Shown here in pieces: positions 1 through 9,998 of a DNA stretch of 61,435 bases. A program made the position numbers and the translations under genes. The DNA is from Candidatus Yanofskybacteria bacterium (GTDB lineage Bacteria; Patescibacteriota; Minisyncoccia; 2-02-FULL-40-12; IGHO2-01-FULL-4-A), in assembly GCA_903897805.1 (NCBI GenBank), contig CAIUCV010000021.1, forward strand, positions 1 through 61,435, in the 5' to 3' direction. The notes beneath the pieces are model-generated. The model was given only the letters and a program-made list of their open reading frames with translations. It had not been told where the DNA came from and ran no database searches. Each line of letters starts with the position of its first letter. The stretch's first letter is position 1.

Positions 1-962
1 CCATTTTCAATTGTACCGCCGGAACAACTCCCGGAACCTTCTCTAATTCCTGCAAGCTCAACAAAATATCACCCGATGATTTCTGTGCCAGAACAGATGC
101 GATTAACAATCTTACGGTAGGGAACGCTCCTTCCGCCACTATTACCACCCCTAGCTCTTGTACCGCCCCATGCAATATAACTGCTAATTTCAGTTCTGCT
201 AATGTTTTTAACCGTCCTCCGCCAGTTATCGCTATTTGGAAAAACGGCAGCGTACAGTTGGGGGCTTTCACTGGAAATACCAGTGAAACCGGTTTTATCT
301 TAGAATACAGCCAACCAGTTGGAACATACCAATACTGTGTCCGTGCGGTTAAGGAAGACTGGTCGCAAACAGGGAATTTAGCGTGTTCAACCACCAATGT
401 TATCGCTCCTACCACTCCTACCCCTACCCCCACTCCCACCCCTGCCGCCGACATCAAGGCCAACGGCTCCGACGGCCCCATCAGCATTCCCTACAACACT
501 TCAGCCACCATCTCCTGGACCTCAACCAATACAACTTCCTGTTCGGTTTCGCCTTCTGGCTGGACCGGCACTTCCGGTTCTCAATCTAGCGGCAATCTGA
601 CTTTTTCCCGAACCTATACCCTGACCTGCACCGGTCCTGGCGGCACGGCTACCGATTCAGTGACGGTAAATATTTCAGGCACCTGCGTATCTCAGGGCTT
701 CGTCTCCGGCTCCGTCTCTCCCTCCACGGTCAATCCCGGCGGCTCCTATACCTTCTCCTGTGATTACGGGGTCTATACCAACGCGATTGATGCTGTCCCA
801 GGTTCCGGTACCTGCGCATACGACCATTTCTCTGGAACTACCGCCATTTTCAATTGTACCGCCGGAACAACTCCCGGAACCTTCTCTAATTCCTGCAAGC
901 TCAACAAAATATCACCCGATGATTTCTGTGCCAGAACAGATGCGATTAACAATCTTACGGTA
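1..962 (+). repeat. Exact in-frame direct repeat: 1-119 equals 844-962
   Basis: 119 bp are identical at an offset of 843 (281 codons). The first copy is cut by the window edge. Confidence 0.95.
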
Positions 963-1589
963 AACACCGTGGATAACCCTCCTACCGTTCCTTCCGTTAC
1001 AGTCACCGAACCTGATTACTGCGTTTCTGGTCCCTCTGCCTATATCAACTGGACCTATTCTGACCCTGAAAGCGACCCCCAGTCGGCCTATCAGGTTCAG
1101 ATAGATAACAACAGTTCTTTCAGCTCGCCCGAAGTTGATAGCGGAAAAGTATCTGACAGCGGCACAACATATTTTGCCGGCAGCGGCCTATCTTTTAATA
1201 TTACCTACAGAGCCCGCGTCCGTGTCTGGGATTCCCACGACAGCGTTTCCGGCTGGGCCGAGTCCAGTTCCTGGAAAACCCCCAAGCATGCCTATCCCTA
1301 CGTTGATTTCACTTATTCTCCCTCCACCGATATTCCTGTCAAACAGCCGGTGCAGTTTACCGACCAAACCACGTTTTATGGTGGTGGCGGCGGGACGAAA
1401 ACCTGGTCATGGCTTTTCGGCGACGGCGGTACGTCAACTCAACAAAGCCCGTCCCATACCTATAATCTGCCCGGTCTCTACAACGTATTTCTTACCGCAA
1501 CCGATAAAGACAATTATTCCTGTTCCCGCACCAAAGAACTCAATGTCGCCCAGCCCGTGCCGGTCTGGAAAGAAGTGAGTCCCCGTTAG
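3..1589 (+). CDS. Large Ser/Thr/Cys-rich secreted or surface protein with Ig/FN3-like and C-terminal PKD domains (5' partial)
   Basis: The frame is open from position 3 with no stop before the listed start at 258. It has a PTPTPT linker, a PKD signature (WSWLFGDGGTSTQQSPSHTY..PGLYNVFLT) and ends in PVWKEVSPR. Confidence 0.8.
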   Translation: MFNCTAGTTPGTFSNSCKLNKISPDDFCARTDAINNLTVGNAPSATITTPSSCTAPCNITANFSSANVFNRPPPVIAIWKNGSVQLGAFTGNTSETGFILEYSQPVGTYQYCVRAVKEDWSQTGNLACSTTNVIAPTTPTPTPTPTPAADIKANGSDGPISIPYNTSATISWTSTNTTSCSVSPSGWTGTSGSQSSGNLTFSRTYTLTCTGPGGTATDSVTVNISGTCVSQGFVSGSVSPSTVNPGGSYTFSCDYGVYTNAIDAVPGSGTCAYDHFSGTTAIFNCTAGTTPGTFSNSCKLNKISPDDFCARTDAINNLTVNTVDNPPTVPSVTVTEPDYCVSGPSAYINWTYSDPESDPQSAYQVQIDNNSSFSSPEVDSGKVSDSGTTYFAGSGLSFNITYRARVRVWDSHDSVSGWAESSSWKTPKHAYPYVDFTYSPSTDIPVKQPVQFTDQTTFYGGGGGTKTWSWLFGDGGTSTQQSPSHTYNLPGLYNVFLTATDKDNYSCSRTKELNVAQPVPVWKEVSPR

Positions 1590-1715
1590 AAAAATCCCCA
1601 TCAAATGGGGATTTTTCTTTGTCTCGTTTTTTGGACAAACAAAAACCCAGCATTGCTGCTGGGTGGAAGTGACCTTTGTGCCGTCGGGCTAGAGGTCAAC
1701 GCCGAAGTCGTACTG

Positions 1716-2603
1716 CTACTGGTTAACTATGATTTCCTTTTCTTCGTCGATGTAGGCAGAATATTCTGTGCCTCTTGTAGAGACAACATCCTTGCCTTTC
1801 ACAAGAACCGCCAATGGGCCCGCGAGGACAAACACCGCCACGGTCTTTCCTGTCTTATCGTCACCCTCGCGTGAAGCGGAGGCTCGGACACGTATGTTTT
1901 GGTTATCGACAGATTTCACATACTCCATGTGCATTATCAACTTACCGCCGCGGCCCAACATTCCTTTTTTCTTAGCTTCGGCAATGGTGCCGACGCCGGA
2001 AGCTCCTTTGCTGATAACGACAGCGTCGCCTACTTTGACGTCTTCGCCCACGGTAAAGTTAATCCGATCACCCGTGTTTGCTGTCGCTGACGAAATGTCA
2101 TCGCTTAGAAGCAGTCGGACCCTTTCGCCATCTCGAACCTTGACTGTTTGAGTCTGGCCGGATTTCGCGGCGGTAGCGGATTTATTAGCGTCCTCCGGAA
2201 GTTGATTGGGGATGGCAGGGGGTATTGCAATAGCTGGCGCTGGCGTTGGCGCAGCGACTGGTTGAGCTGTCGGGTCCATCAGAGTCCTGATGATGTTGTC
2301 GCTGGCGCCGGCTTTCTTCAGTTGCAGAAGCTGTTCTGTGCTCAAATCAAACGCCTTGCCATTCTTCCTGATTTTGGCGATGATCAGATCTTCTGCCAGG
2401 CCGGTTTGAACAAGCTGACAGACCTGCTCCACAGTCAACTCGTTTGCGATTGGTTGGGGTTTGGCCTGGGCTTGCGGCGCCACCGGTTTGCTGGACGCAA
2501 CAACCGACTTAATCGGTGCAGCGGCCGGCTTGTTAGCGGTTTGGGCATTCGCGAGAATGCCGGAGAGTACGACAATAGCTACAAAAGTCAACGTTTTGGT
2601 CAT
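1716..2603 (-). CDS. Secreted hypothetical protein (signal peptide, Pro/Ala linkers, helical domain, beta-rich C-terminal domain)
   Basis: ORF track 1716..2624. The likelier start is MTKTLTF at 2603 after AGGAG, followed by a signal peptide ending ANA-Q. Confidence 0.7.
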   Translation of the reverse strand: MTKTLTFVAIVVLSGILANAQTANKPAAAPIKSVVASSKPVAPQAQAKPQPIANELTVEQVCQLVQTGLAEDLIIAKIRKNGKAFDLSTEQLLQLKKAGASDNIIRTLMDPTAQPVAAPTPAPAIAIPPAIPNQLPEDANKSATAAKSGQTQTVKVRDGERVRLLLSDDISSATANTGDRINFTVGEDVKVGDAVVISKGASGVGTIAEAKKKGMLGRGGKLIMHMEYVKSVDNQNIRVRASASREGDDKTGKTVAVFVLAGPLAVLVKGKDVVSTRGTEYSAYIDEEKEIIVNQ

Positions 2604-2733
2604 TTCTTCTCCTTGTCTTGTCAATAAACCTTCGAACGAACCCTCGCTCGATACCCCTTAATTGTATCATATATCTACGCAATTGTCAAATTGGCTGTTT
2701 TTTATCTATATTTTATGCTAATTTAAGGTAATA

Positions 2734-4740
2734 GTGACCAAACAAGAAGCAAAAATAAGGTTGGTAAAATTGAGGGATTTGATAAACAAATACCGCTACC
2801 ACCGGCTGGTTTTGGATAAGCCGCTCATTGAGGAATCGGTGGAGGATTCGCTCAAAAAAGAGCTTTTTGACCTTGAGCAGGAGTTCCCCGATTTGGTAAC
2901 GCCCGACTCGCCGACCCAGCGCGTTGCCGGCAAGCCGCTCAAAAAATTTGAAAAATTCCCGCATCCCCAGAGAATGTTTTCATTCAACGACGCTTTTAGC
3001 CGGGAAGATATGAGCGATTGGGAAGAGCGGCTGAAGCGGCTTGACCCGAGAGCGACGGAATCCGGCTATTATTGTGAATTGAAAATTGACGGTCTGGCCA
3101 TAGAGCTGGTTTACAAAAACGGCGTTTTAGAGGTTGGGGCGACCCGTGGCGACGGGACGATAGGCGAAAATGTGACCCAGAACTTGAAAACCGTTGAGGC
3201 AATACCACTTTCTCTAAACCCTAAACCCCGTACCCTAACCCCTCAAAAATTGGTCGTCAGAGGCGAGGTTTTTTTGAGCAAAAAAGAGTTTGAAAAAATG
3301 AATAAAGAGCAAGAGAAAAAGGGCGGGGCGACTTATGCCAATCCGCGCAATCTTGCCGCCGGTTCAATACGCCAACTTGACCCGGCGATTATTGCTGCCC
3401 GGCGCCTTGACTCCTTCGCCTACTCGCTTGTTACCGATTTGGGGCAGAAGGTTCACGAGGACGAGCACAAGATTTTGAAAGACCTGGGTTTCAAAACAAA
3501 CCCCCACAATAAATATTGCAGGAACCTGGAAGAAGTCCAGAAGTTTCGGGATTATTGGGAAAAGCACCGCGAAAAACTCAATTATGAAATAGATGGGATA
3601 GTCGTGATACTGAACGACAATAAAATATTCGCGAAACTCGGCACGGTCGGCAAAGCCCCGCGGGCGGCAATCGCCTACAAATTCTCGCCCCGGGAATCCA
3701 CCACCAAAGTCAAAGACATTATTGTCAGTGTCGGCAGGACTGGCGTCCTGACACCTGTCGCGGTGCTAGAACCGGTTGAGATAGGAGGAACGACCGTAAG
3801 CCGCGCCACACTCCACAACGAAGACGAGATCCGCCGGTTGGAGGTAAGGATAGGGGATACGGTGGTAGTGGGCCGCGCCGGCGACGTGATTCCCGACGTC
3901 AAAAAAGTTTTGAAGGAATTACGTACCGGCAAGGAAAGGATATTTCATTTTCCGGCAAAATGCCCGGTATGTGGCGGACCGGTTAAAAGAATGCCCGGCG
4001 AAGCGGCGCATAAATGCGTCAACAAAAATTGCCCGGGCATAAAACGCAGAGCCATTTACCATTTCGTTTCAAAGGGCGCGATGGATATAGAAGAAATAGG
4101 GCCGAAGACCATTGACCAATTAATGGATGCCGGATTGATAAAAGATACAGCTGATTTCTACCTTCTCAAAAAGGAGGACTTATTGAATCTTGAAAGATTT
4201 GCTGAAAAATCAGCGGAGAACGCAGTAAGCGCCGTTCAGGCGCGCAAAAAGGTTTCTCTGGACAGGTTTATCTTTGCCCTCGGCATTCCCCATGTCGGTT
4301 CGGAGACCGCTCTGGATTTGGCCCGCCGGTTTGGAACGCTGGAAAAACTCGGAAGGACGGAGGAAGAGGAGTTGAGAAAAGTCAGAGATATTGGCGGCGT
4401 GGTGGCAAAAAGCATCTACAATTGGTTCCGCGCCGATTACAATAAGAAACTTTTGGAGAAGTTTGAAAGAGTTGGCGTGCGCGTATTAAAACAAGAAACA
4501 TCAGAGAAGTCGTCAAAACTAAAAGGATTGACATTTTTATTCACTGGCACGCTAGACGCACTTTCTCGCGAGAAGGCCGAAGAAGCGGTGCGGGAAAATG
4601 GGGGAGATGTGTCGTCCTCGGTCTCAAAAGAAACGGATTACGTAGTGGCCGGCGAGGAGCCCGGCTCTAAATACGACAAGGCCCAAAAACTTGGGGTAAA
4701 AGTCATTTCTGAAAAAGATTTCCTAAATATGGTAAAATAA
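2734..4740 (+). CDS. ligA: NAD-dependent DNA ligase
   Basis: ELKIDGLA adenylation motif, TRGDG, NPRNLAAGS, Zn finger, HhH and BRCT domains. Confidence 0.98.
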   Translation: MTKQEAKIRLVKLRDLINKYRYHRLVLDKPLIEESVEDSLKKELFDLEQEFPDLVTPDSPTQRVAGKPLKKFEKFPHPQRMFSFNDAFSREDMSDWEERLKRLDPRATESGYYCELKIDGLAIELVYKNGVLEVGATRGDGTIGENVTQNLKTVEAIPLSLNPKPRTLTPQKLVVRGEVFLSKKEFEKMNKEQEKKGGATYANPRNLAAGSIRQLDPAIIAARRLDSFAYSLVTDLGQKVHEDEHKILKDLGFKTNPHNKYCRNLEEVQKFRDYWEKHREKLNYEIDGIVVILNDNKIFAKLGTVGKAPRAAIAYKFSPRESTTKVKDIIVSVGRTGVLTPVAVLEPVEIGGTTVSRATLHNEDEIRRLEVRIGDTVVVGRAGDVIPDVKKVLKELRTGKERIFHFPAKCPVCGGPVKRMPGEAAHKCVNKNCPGIKRRAIYHFVSKGAMDIEEIGPKTIDQLMDAGLIKDTADFYLLKKEDLLNLERFAEKSAENAVSAVQARKKVSLDRFIFALGIPHVGSETALDLARRFGTLEKLGRTEEEELRKVRDIGGVVAKSIYNWFRADYNKKLLEKFERVGVRVLKQETSEKSSKLKGLTFLFTGTLDALSREKAEEAVRENGGDVSSSVSKETDYVVAGEEPGSKYDKAQKLGVKVISEKDFLNMVK

Positions 4741-4744
4741 AGAG

Positions 4745-5047
4745 ATGAGCAATATCACCGAAAAAGAGGTTGAACATATTGCCGGACTGGCGAGGATTAA
4801 GCTGACCGAAAAGGAAAAAGACAAGATGACCAAGGAATTGGGAGCGATTTTGGGTTACATAGATAAACTGAAAGAGGTAAATACCGAAGGCGTGGAACCG
4901 ATAGCCCATATTACGGGGCTGACCGATGTTTTTAGAAATGACGATAATCCCAGAGAGTCCGATCCTGAAAATATAAAACGCCTGTTGAAACAGGCGCCGG
5001 GCGAAAAGGATGGTTATGTAAAAGTTAAGAGCGTGTTTGAGGACTAG
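4745..5047 (+). CDS. gatC: Asp/Glu-tRNA amidotransferase subunit C
   Basis: ITEKEVEHIAGLARI...EVNTEGVEP, 100 aa, upstream of gatA. Confidence 0.95.
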   Translation: MSNITEKEVEHIAGLARIKLTEKEKDKMTKELGAILGYIDKLKEVNTEGVEPIAHITGLTDVFRNDDNPRESDPENIKRLLKQAPGEKDGYVKVKSVFED

Positions 5048-5375
5048 GCGAGGGTTCGTTTACTATTCTATAGATGTCTATGGGCGAGAAATCAACGATA
5101 GCTATCTTGCCCTCTTTTTCCAGTTCGTCGATTAAGGTTGGGCAGTAGTGGCAGCGGTAACGGTAGGCGGGTGCTATCAGCAGGTCAAGGACCGCTAAAA
5201 ACTGATCTACCGAGAAATAGCTGGCATTGTGCTTTTCTAGCGTTGACTTCATCCTAGCCAAAATTAACATTTTAATCTCTTCTTTTGTGCAGTTAATCGA
5301 GATCACTTCTTCGGCTGGAGCCTTGATGACGCCGAATAGCAAGATTTTGCCGACTATATCAGCTATTTGTGCCAT
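5025..5375 (-). CDS. Hypothetical protein lying antisense between gatC and gatA
   Basis: ATG at 5375 preceded by GGAGG. It overlaps the gatC 3' end by 23 nt. Confidence 0.55.
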   Translation of the reverse strand: MAQIADIVGKILLFGVIKAPAEEVISINCTKEEIKMLILARMKSTLEKHNASYFSVDQFLAVLDLLIAPAYRYRCHYCPTLIDELEKEGKIAIVDFSPIDIYRIVNEPSPSPQTRS

Positions 5376-5405
5376 TTTGATCCTCCCCTGATTTTCAAAG
5401 TAACC

Positions 5406-6827
5406 GTGACTAATATAGGCCATACAATTAAATCTGTCAAGCAAGGCCTTGAAAAAGGCGAATTTTCGGTTGAGGAAATTGCGGCGGAATATCGCAAGCG
5501 GATTGAAAAAGAAAATCCAAAATTAAACGCTTATCTTTCTGTTTTTGAGAATCAAAACCCTAAACCCTTAACCCTAAACCCTGGCCCTTTGTCTGGTATT
5601 CCGTGCGCGATTAAAGATAATATCTTGATTAACGGCGAAAAATGTACTGCCGGTTCAAAAATTTTAAAAAACTATGTCGCACCCTACGATGCTACGGTAA
5701 TTAACAAGCTCAAAAACGCAGGCGCAATCTTTTTGGGGAAGACAAATCTTGATGAGTTTGCAATGGGTACGACCGGAGAAAATTCCGCTTTCGGGCCAAC
5801 TTTAAATCCGCACGACCACACAAGAGTCGCCGGCGGCTCATCAAGCGGCTCCGGCGCGGCCGTCGCCGCCGACCTTGCGGTTTTCGCCCTCGGTTCCGAT
5901 ACCGGCGGTTCAATCCGTGCTCCGGCGTCTTTTTGCGGAGTGGTGGGTCTGAAACCGACCTATGGCGTGGTCTCCCGATATGGGCTGATAGCAATGGCTT
6001 CAAGTTTTGACCAGATAGGGCCAATTACCAAAACCGTAGAGGACGCAGCCATTATTTTGAACACCATTGCCGGCCGCGACCCGCTGGATTTCACTTCCGT
6101 ACCCGGAGACGTTCCCGATTATACCGCCAATCTCGGCAAGCCGATAAAAGGATTAAAGATCGGAGTCCCTAAAGAATTTATGGGCGAGGGGTTGGATTCT
6201 AAAATCAACGACTTGGTTCAAAAAGCACTTTCGGGATTGGAATCGCTCGGCGCGCATATTGACGAGATTAGCTTGCCGATGACCGATTACGCCCTAGCCG
6301 CTTATTACATAATCGTTCCGGCAGAAATTTCGGCGAATCTTGCCAGATATGACGGAATAAAATATGGATATTCAACTTTTGAAAAAGATAAGCGTCTTTT
6401 AGATGTTTATCTTGATTCCCGCGCCGGGGGACTTGGCGACGAAGTCAAAAGGCGGATTATGCTTGGCACCTATACTCTTTCAGCCGGATATTACGATGCC
6501 TACTATCTTAGGGCGCAAAAAGTCAGAGCGTTGATAAAGCGGGATTTTGAGAAAATTTTTGAGAAATACGATGCGGTCGTCGGCCCCACTATGTCTACAG
6601 TGGCGCCCAAAATTGGAGAACTAAGCGACCCCTTGTCGGCGTATATGGCAGACATTTACACTGTGCAGGTTAATATTGTTGGTTTGCCGGCCATTTCGGT
6701 GCCCTGCGGGTTTGTTGAAGTCGGTGGCGTCAAAATGCCCGCAGGATTGCAAATAATAGGAAAACATTTTGACGAAAGTAAAATTCTTCAAATCGCATAT
6801 GCATTTGAACAGAGCCGGGGATTATAA
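5406..6827 (+). CDS. gatA: Asp/Glu-tRNA amidotransferase subunit A
   Basis: Amidase signature GGSSSGS...[20 protein letters not shown] and [15 protein letters not shown] start at 5406 is probable. Confidence 0.97.
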   Translation: MTNIGHTIKSVKQGLEKGEFSVEEIAAEYRKRIEKENPKLNAYLSVFENQNPKPLTLNPGPLSGIPCAIKDNILINGEKCTAGSKILKNYVAPYDATVINKLKNAGAIFLGKTNLDEFAMGTTGENSAFGPTLNPHDHTRVAGGSSSGSGAAVAADLAVFALGSDTGGSIRAPASFCGVVGLKPTYGVVSRYGLIAMASSFDQIGPITKTVEDAAIILNTIAGRDPLDFTSVPGDVPDYTANLGKPIKGLKIGVPKEFMGEGLDSKINDLVQKALSGLESLGAHIDEISLPMTDYALAAYYIIVPAEISANLARYDGIKYGYSTFEKDKRLLDVYLDSRAGGLGDEVKRRIMLGTYTLSAGYYDAYYLRAQKVRALIKRDFEKIFEKYDAVVGPTMSTVAPKIGELSDPLSAYMADIYTVQVNIVGLPAISVPCGFVEVGGVKMPAGLQIIGKHFDESKILQIAYAFEQSRGL

Positions 6828-6833
6828 TTGAAT

Positions 6834-7000
6834 TAGACAGGGCAAGTAATCGCTTTATAGCACCGTCAAAAGGGTGGATTGCACGGTTTGATTGAAGTAA
6901 AATATTTCTTCACTTCAATCAAAATCCACGCTTTTGACGGAATGCGGCAACCTCGCTGGGGTTGCAAGTGGTGATAGAAAGCGATTACTTGCCCTGTCTA
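6834..7000 (-). repeat. Long structured palindromic element, family A copy 1
   Basis: 23-bp terminal inverted repeat TAGACAGGGCAAGTAATCGCTTT. Its reverse complement shares core blocks with 30673-30828. Confidence 0.85.
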
Positions 7001-7014
7001 TCAGATAAATAATT

Positions 7015-7617
7015 ATGCCAATGGAAATTCCTACAATACCGGGTCTTACAAATCAGCCCCAGATAAAATATGGGGCTGATTTGAGCCCTTTGCTTGCCCA
7101 ATCCTACGATGCCATCGCTAAATATTTTCAGAGCCCCGGGTTTTTTAATCTGTTCGGGACCGTCAAGACGGTTTTGATGCTTTTATCAATTATTTTTGCG
7201 GTGATATTGGTGATAATAATAATTAAAATGGGCAATTTGATTAAGGAGGAAGTAACTGAACTGAAAGCGGAGCTGGCGCTGCCCGGAGAAGCGGTCGGTG
7301 CTTCCGACAATCGCTGGCAGGAGATTAAAAGCCACGTCAATTCGTTCAAGGAATCAGAGTGGAAATTTGCCGTCATTGAGGCGGACAAGCTGGTTGACGA
7401 TGTTTTAAAATCCGCCGGCTTTGCCGGCGAGTCAATGGGGGAGCGCCTGATGATCATAAAACCGGACCAGCTTATAAATCTGCAATATCTTTGGGATGCC
7501 CACAAATTTCGCAATCTCTTGGTTCACGACGTTAATTACCAGATGACTCACCGTCAGGCGATTTGGGCCATTGAGGCGTTTGAGAGCGTCTTGCGCGAAT
7601 TGGAAGCGCTCTCGTAG
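7015..7617 (+). CDS. Conserved hypothetical single-TM protein
   Basis: 200 aa, one hydrophobic helix, and AVIEADKLVD..L...G..GESMGERL...WDAHKFRN.LVH. Confidence 0.8.
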   Translation: MPMEIPTIPGLTNQPQIKYGADLSPLLAQSYDAIAKYFQSPGFFNLFGTVKTVLMLLSIIFAVILVIIIIKMGNLIKEEVTELKAELALPGEAVGASDNRWQEIKSHVNSFKESEWKFAVIEADKLVDDVLKSAGFAGESMGERLMIIKPDQLINLQYLWDAHKFRNLLVHDVNYQMTHRQAIWAIEAFESVLRELEALS

Positions 7618-7669
7618 GTAAACAAAAAACAGCCGTAAGCCGCTTGGTTGATAACTGAAGGAGGATTTT

Positions 7670-8051
7670 GAAAAATAAAAATCCCGGGGGAGTGGGAACC
7701 ACAACTGCGGCCACTCTACCCGGGGGTGCTGATTTTCATCCGGGATCGCACCTTCATCCCGAATATACCTGACTATCGCATCGAAGCCCGCCAGGAAGAC
7801 TCCGATAAACTTTATACGAACTTTTTTGCCCTGAACTTGTCGAAGGGCTAGCCCTAATTTCTTACTTGTTCCGGCAACTAAGGTCGGACTGTGGGCGGGG
7901 TTCGTAATCTTGTGAAAAGAGCGGGCCGAGAGGAGAAGGGCGCCTCATCCGGTCAGGCCTAGCCACCACAGGCATAGCCAGCCCCTTACCTCGGATGTCC
8001 CTTTCCTCTCAGCCTGTATCCAGTATAGCATAGTGCTTATATGTTTGTCAA
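7670..8051 (-). ncRNA. Putative orphan structured ncRNA unit (family N copy 1)
   Basis: On the minus strand: TTGACA-N18-TATACT (8051-8022), then ~340 nt of hairpin-rich sequence with no ORF of 60 aa or more, ending in a GC hairpin plus TTTTTATTTTT. Confidence 0.55.
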
Positions 8052-8175
8052 GTGCTTTATAAGAAATCCGTAAAAACCCCTTATTTTAAGCCGTTTTTTT
8101 GGCAGTATTCTATAATGAATGAAGCGAGGCCCATCCCCATTTTCGCGACATCGGAGCCAAGTAACATATTCTGTA

Positions 8176-8362
8176 GCAACCCGCCTGATTTTTCTGACTC
8201 TATCTGCCGACTAGCAAATTGACGAGTTGAGCGTATATTGTTCCGTATGAAATATGCGGGTCGCGAAGCAGGAATGGATAACCGCATATTTCCAGGAACA
8301 ATAGCTCAACGAGGATAATTTGCAGAAAGGCATGATACCGGAAGAAAAATCAGGGGGGTTGC
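8176..8362. repeat. Long imperfect rod-like palindrome upstream of comEC
   Basis: GCAACCCGCCTGATTTTTCT ... AGAAAAATCAGGGGGGTTGC with nested arms (GTTGAGC/GCTCAAC, GAAATATGCGG/CCGCATATTTC). Confidence 0.75.
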
Positions 8363-8373
8363 GGAAAGTTTTA

Positions 8374-9930
8374 ATGCCAGACAAATCACGCATATTTTTT
8401 TATTCATTGTTAGCTTTTGCCGGAGGAATCTTCGCTGGTTCCTTTTTTGACATCCCCAAGACCATTGTTTTGGCCGCCGCCCTCATTTGCGTATTGTTAA
8501 TCGCGGTATTTTTCAGAAAGGGTTCTCGGCTGGTGAATTTTAAAATAACCTTTGCCTCCTTTTTGGTCATCTTCTTTTTACTGGGTGTCGCACGCTATAA
8601 CGCCGTTCATTCAAAACAGCTCACTCTGACAAAAATAGCCGAGGCCTCCGCCCAGTTGATTGACCCAGCCCAAAAACACCCGATTCAGGTCGCGCTTTAC
8701 GGTTATGTCAGTGGAGAGCCGGTAACGAAAGGCGACAAACAGCAGTTCGTTTTTTTTGCGAAAGAGACGGATGCTCTTTCCCGCAGAATTGAAATTAACG
8801 AACGAGTGCTTATCACCGCCCGCCCGTATCCTAAATATGAATACGGGCAAAATTTGAAAGTTTTCGGCGAAATAAAACTTCCGCAGAATTCCGAAGATTT
8901 TGATTATCAATCATATCTGGCAAAAGACGATATTTTTACCGTTAGTTATTACCCGGAGGTATCACCGGGCAATCTCAACCTTGGTCCTTACGAGAAAATT
9001 AAAATTGGTTTTTTTCGCGGCATATTCAGGGTAAAGAATGCTTTTGAAGCGTCAATCAGCCGTTCCGTCCATGAGCCGAATGCAGCTTTTATCAACGGTA
9101 TTTTGCTCGGTTCCCGCGCCGAAATCCCGACGGATGTTAAGAACGACTTCAGCCGCACAAGCACGACCCACATTTTGGCGATATCGGGCTATAACATTAC
9201 CATAATCGCCATGATAATTTCGTGGTTCTTTCTTTTCTTTTTCCGCCGGCCGATCGCTTTCTGGTTTTCCGTCGCGGGCATTGCCATTTTCGCGATTTTG
9301 ACCGGCGCCCAGGCATCAGTGGTCAGGGCGGCGATTATGGGCGTTTTGGTTTTGTTGGCCCAGCGGGAGGGGAGATTAAGCGATCCCCGCAACGCACTGA
9401 TATTCACCGGCGCGCTGATGGTTTTTCTTAGCCCGCGGATTTTGAGATATGATGTTGGTTTTCAGTTGTCATTTGCGGCGACCATCGGGCTGATTTATGT
9501 AGCGCCTCTTATAAAAAGATATTTTGAAAAACTGCCGAGCTTTTTCAGTTTCCGCGAGACATTTGTGATGACGCTTTCAGCCCAGTTTTTCGTCTTGCCT
9601 CTCTTGATATACTATTTCAAAAATCTTTCACTGGTTTCCTTGCCCGCGAATATTATTGTTTTGCCGATAATACCCTTTGCGATGCTGCTTGGCGCCCTGA
9701 CCGGCGTTGCCGGACTGATTTTGCCGTTTCTCGGCCGACTGGTCGGCTATTTCGCTTGGCTGGTTTCGGCGTTTGAACTCGGCGTAATAAAACTTTTTGC
9801 CAAACCCAGTTGGGCCGCCGTTTCCGTCCAATTCAATTGGTACGCTGTCATTTTGGCCTACGCGGCGATTATCGGGTTTTTAATTTGGCTGAGCCGGAGA
9901 AGTAAGAAGAAAGAAAACGTGGGGCATTGA
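8374..9930 (+). CDS. comEC: ComEC/Rec2 competence protein (OB-fold plus membrane competence domain, no MBL domain)
   Basis: HILAISGYNI, GAQASVVRAAIM and DVGFQLSFAAT. The start MPDKS at 8374 is probable. Confidence 0.93.
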   Translation: MPDKSRIFFYSLLAFAGGIFAGSFFDIPKTIVLAAALICVLLIAVFFRKGSRLVNFKITFASFLVIFFLLGVARYNAVHSKQLTLTKIAEASAQLIDPAQKHPIQVALYGYVSGEPVTKGDKQQFVFFAKETDALSRRIEINERVLITARPYPKYEYGQNLKVFGEIKLPQNSEDFDYQSYLAKDDIFTVSYYPEVSPGNLNLGPYEKIKIGFFRGIFRVKNAFEASISRSVHEPNAAFINGILLGSRAEIPTDVKNDFSRTSTTHILAISGYNITIIAMIISWFFLFFFRRPIAFWFSVAGIAIFAILTGAQASVVRAAIMGVLVLLAQREGRLSDPRNALIFTGALMVFLSPRILRYDVGFQLSFAATIGLIYVAPLIKRYFEKLPSFFSFRETFVMTLSAQFFVLPLLIYYFKNLSLVSLPANIIVLPIIPFAMLLGALTGVAGLILPFLGRLVGYFAWLVSAFELGVIKLFAKPSWAAVSVQFNWYAVILAYAAIIGFLIWLSRRSKKKENVGH

Positions 9931-9998
9931 CAGATGCCAAGTATTGCCCCATTATTAGTTCCAGTTGCTTTTACAGGCAAAATAATCAGGAGACGCAA

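Noticed and set aside
7920-8015. RNase P RNA, suggested by GAGGAAAG on the minus strand
   Set aside because: It is not followed by TCC, and no matching 3' P4 segment (ACAGAA.CCGGCTTA-like) is visible.
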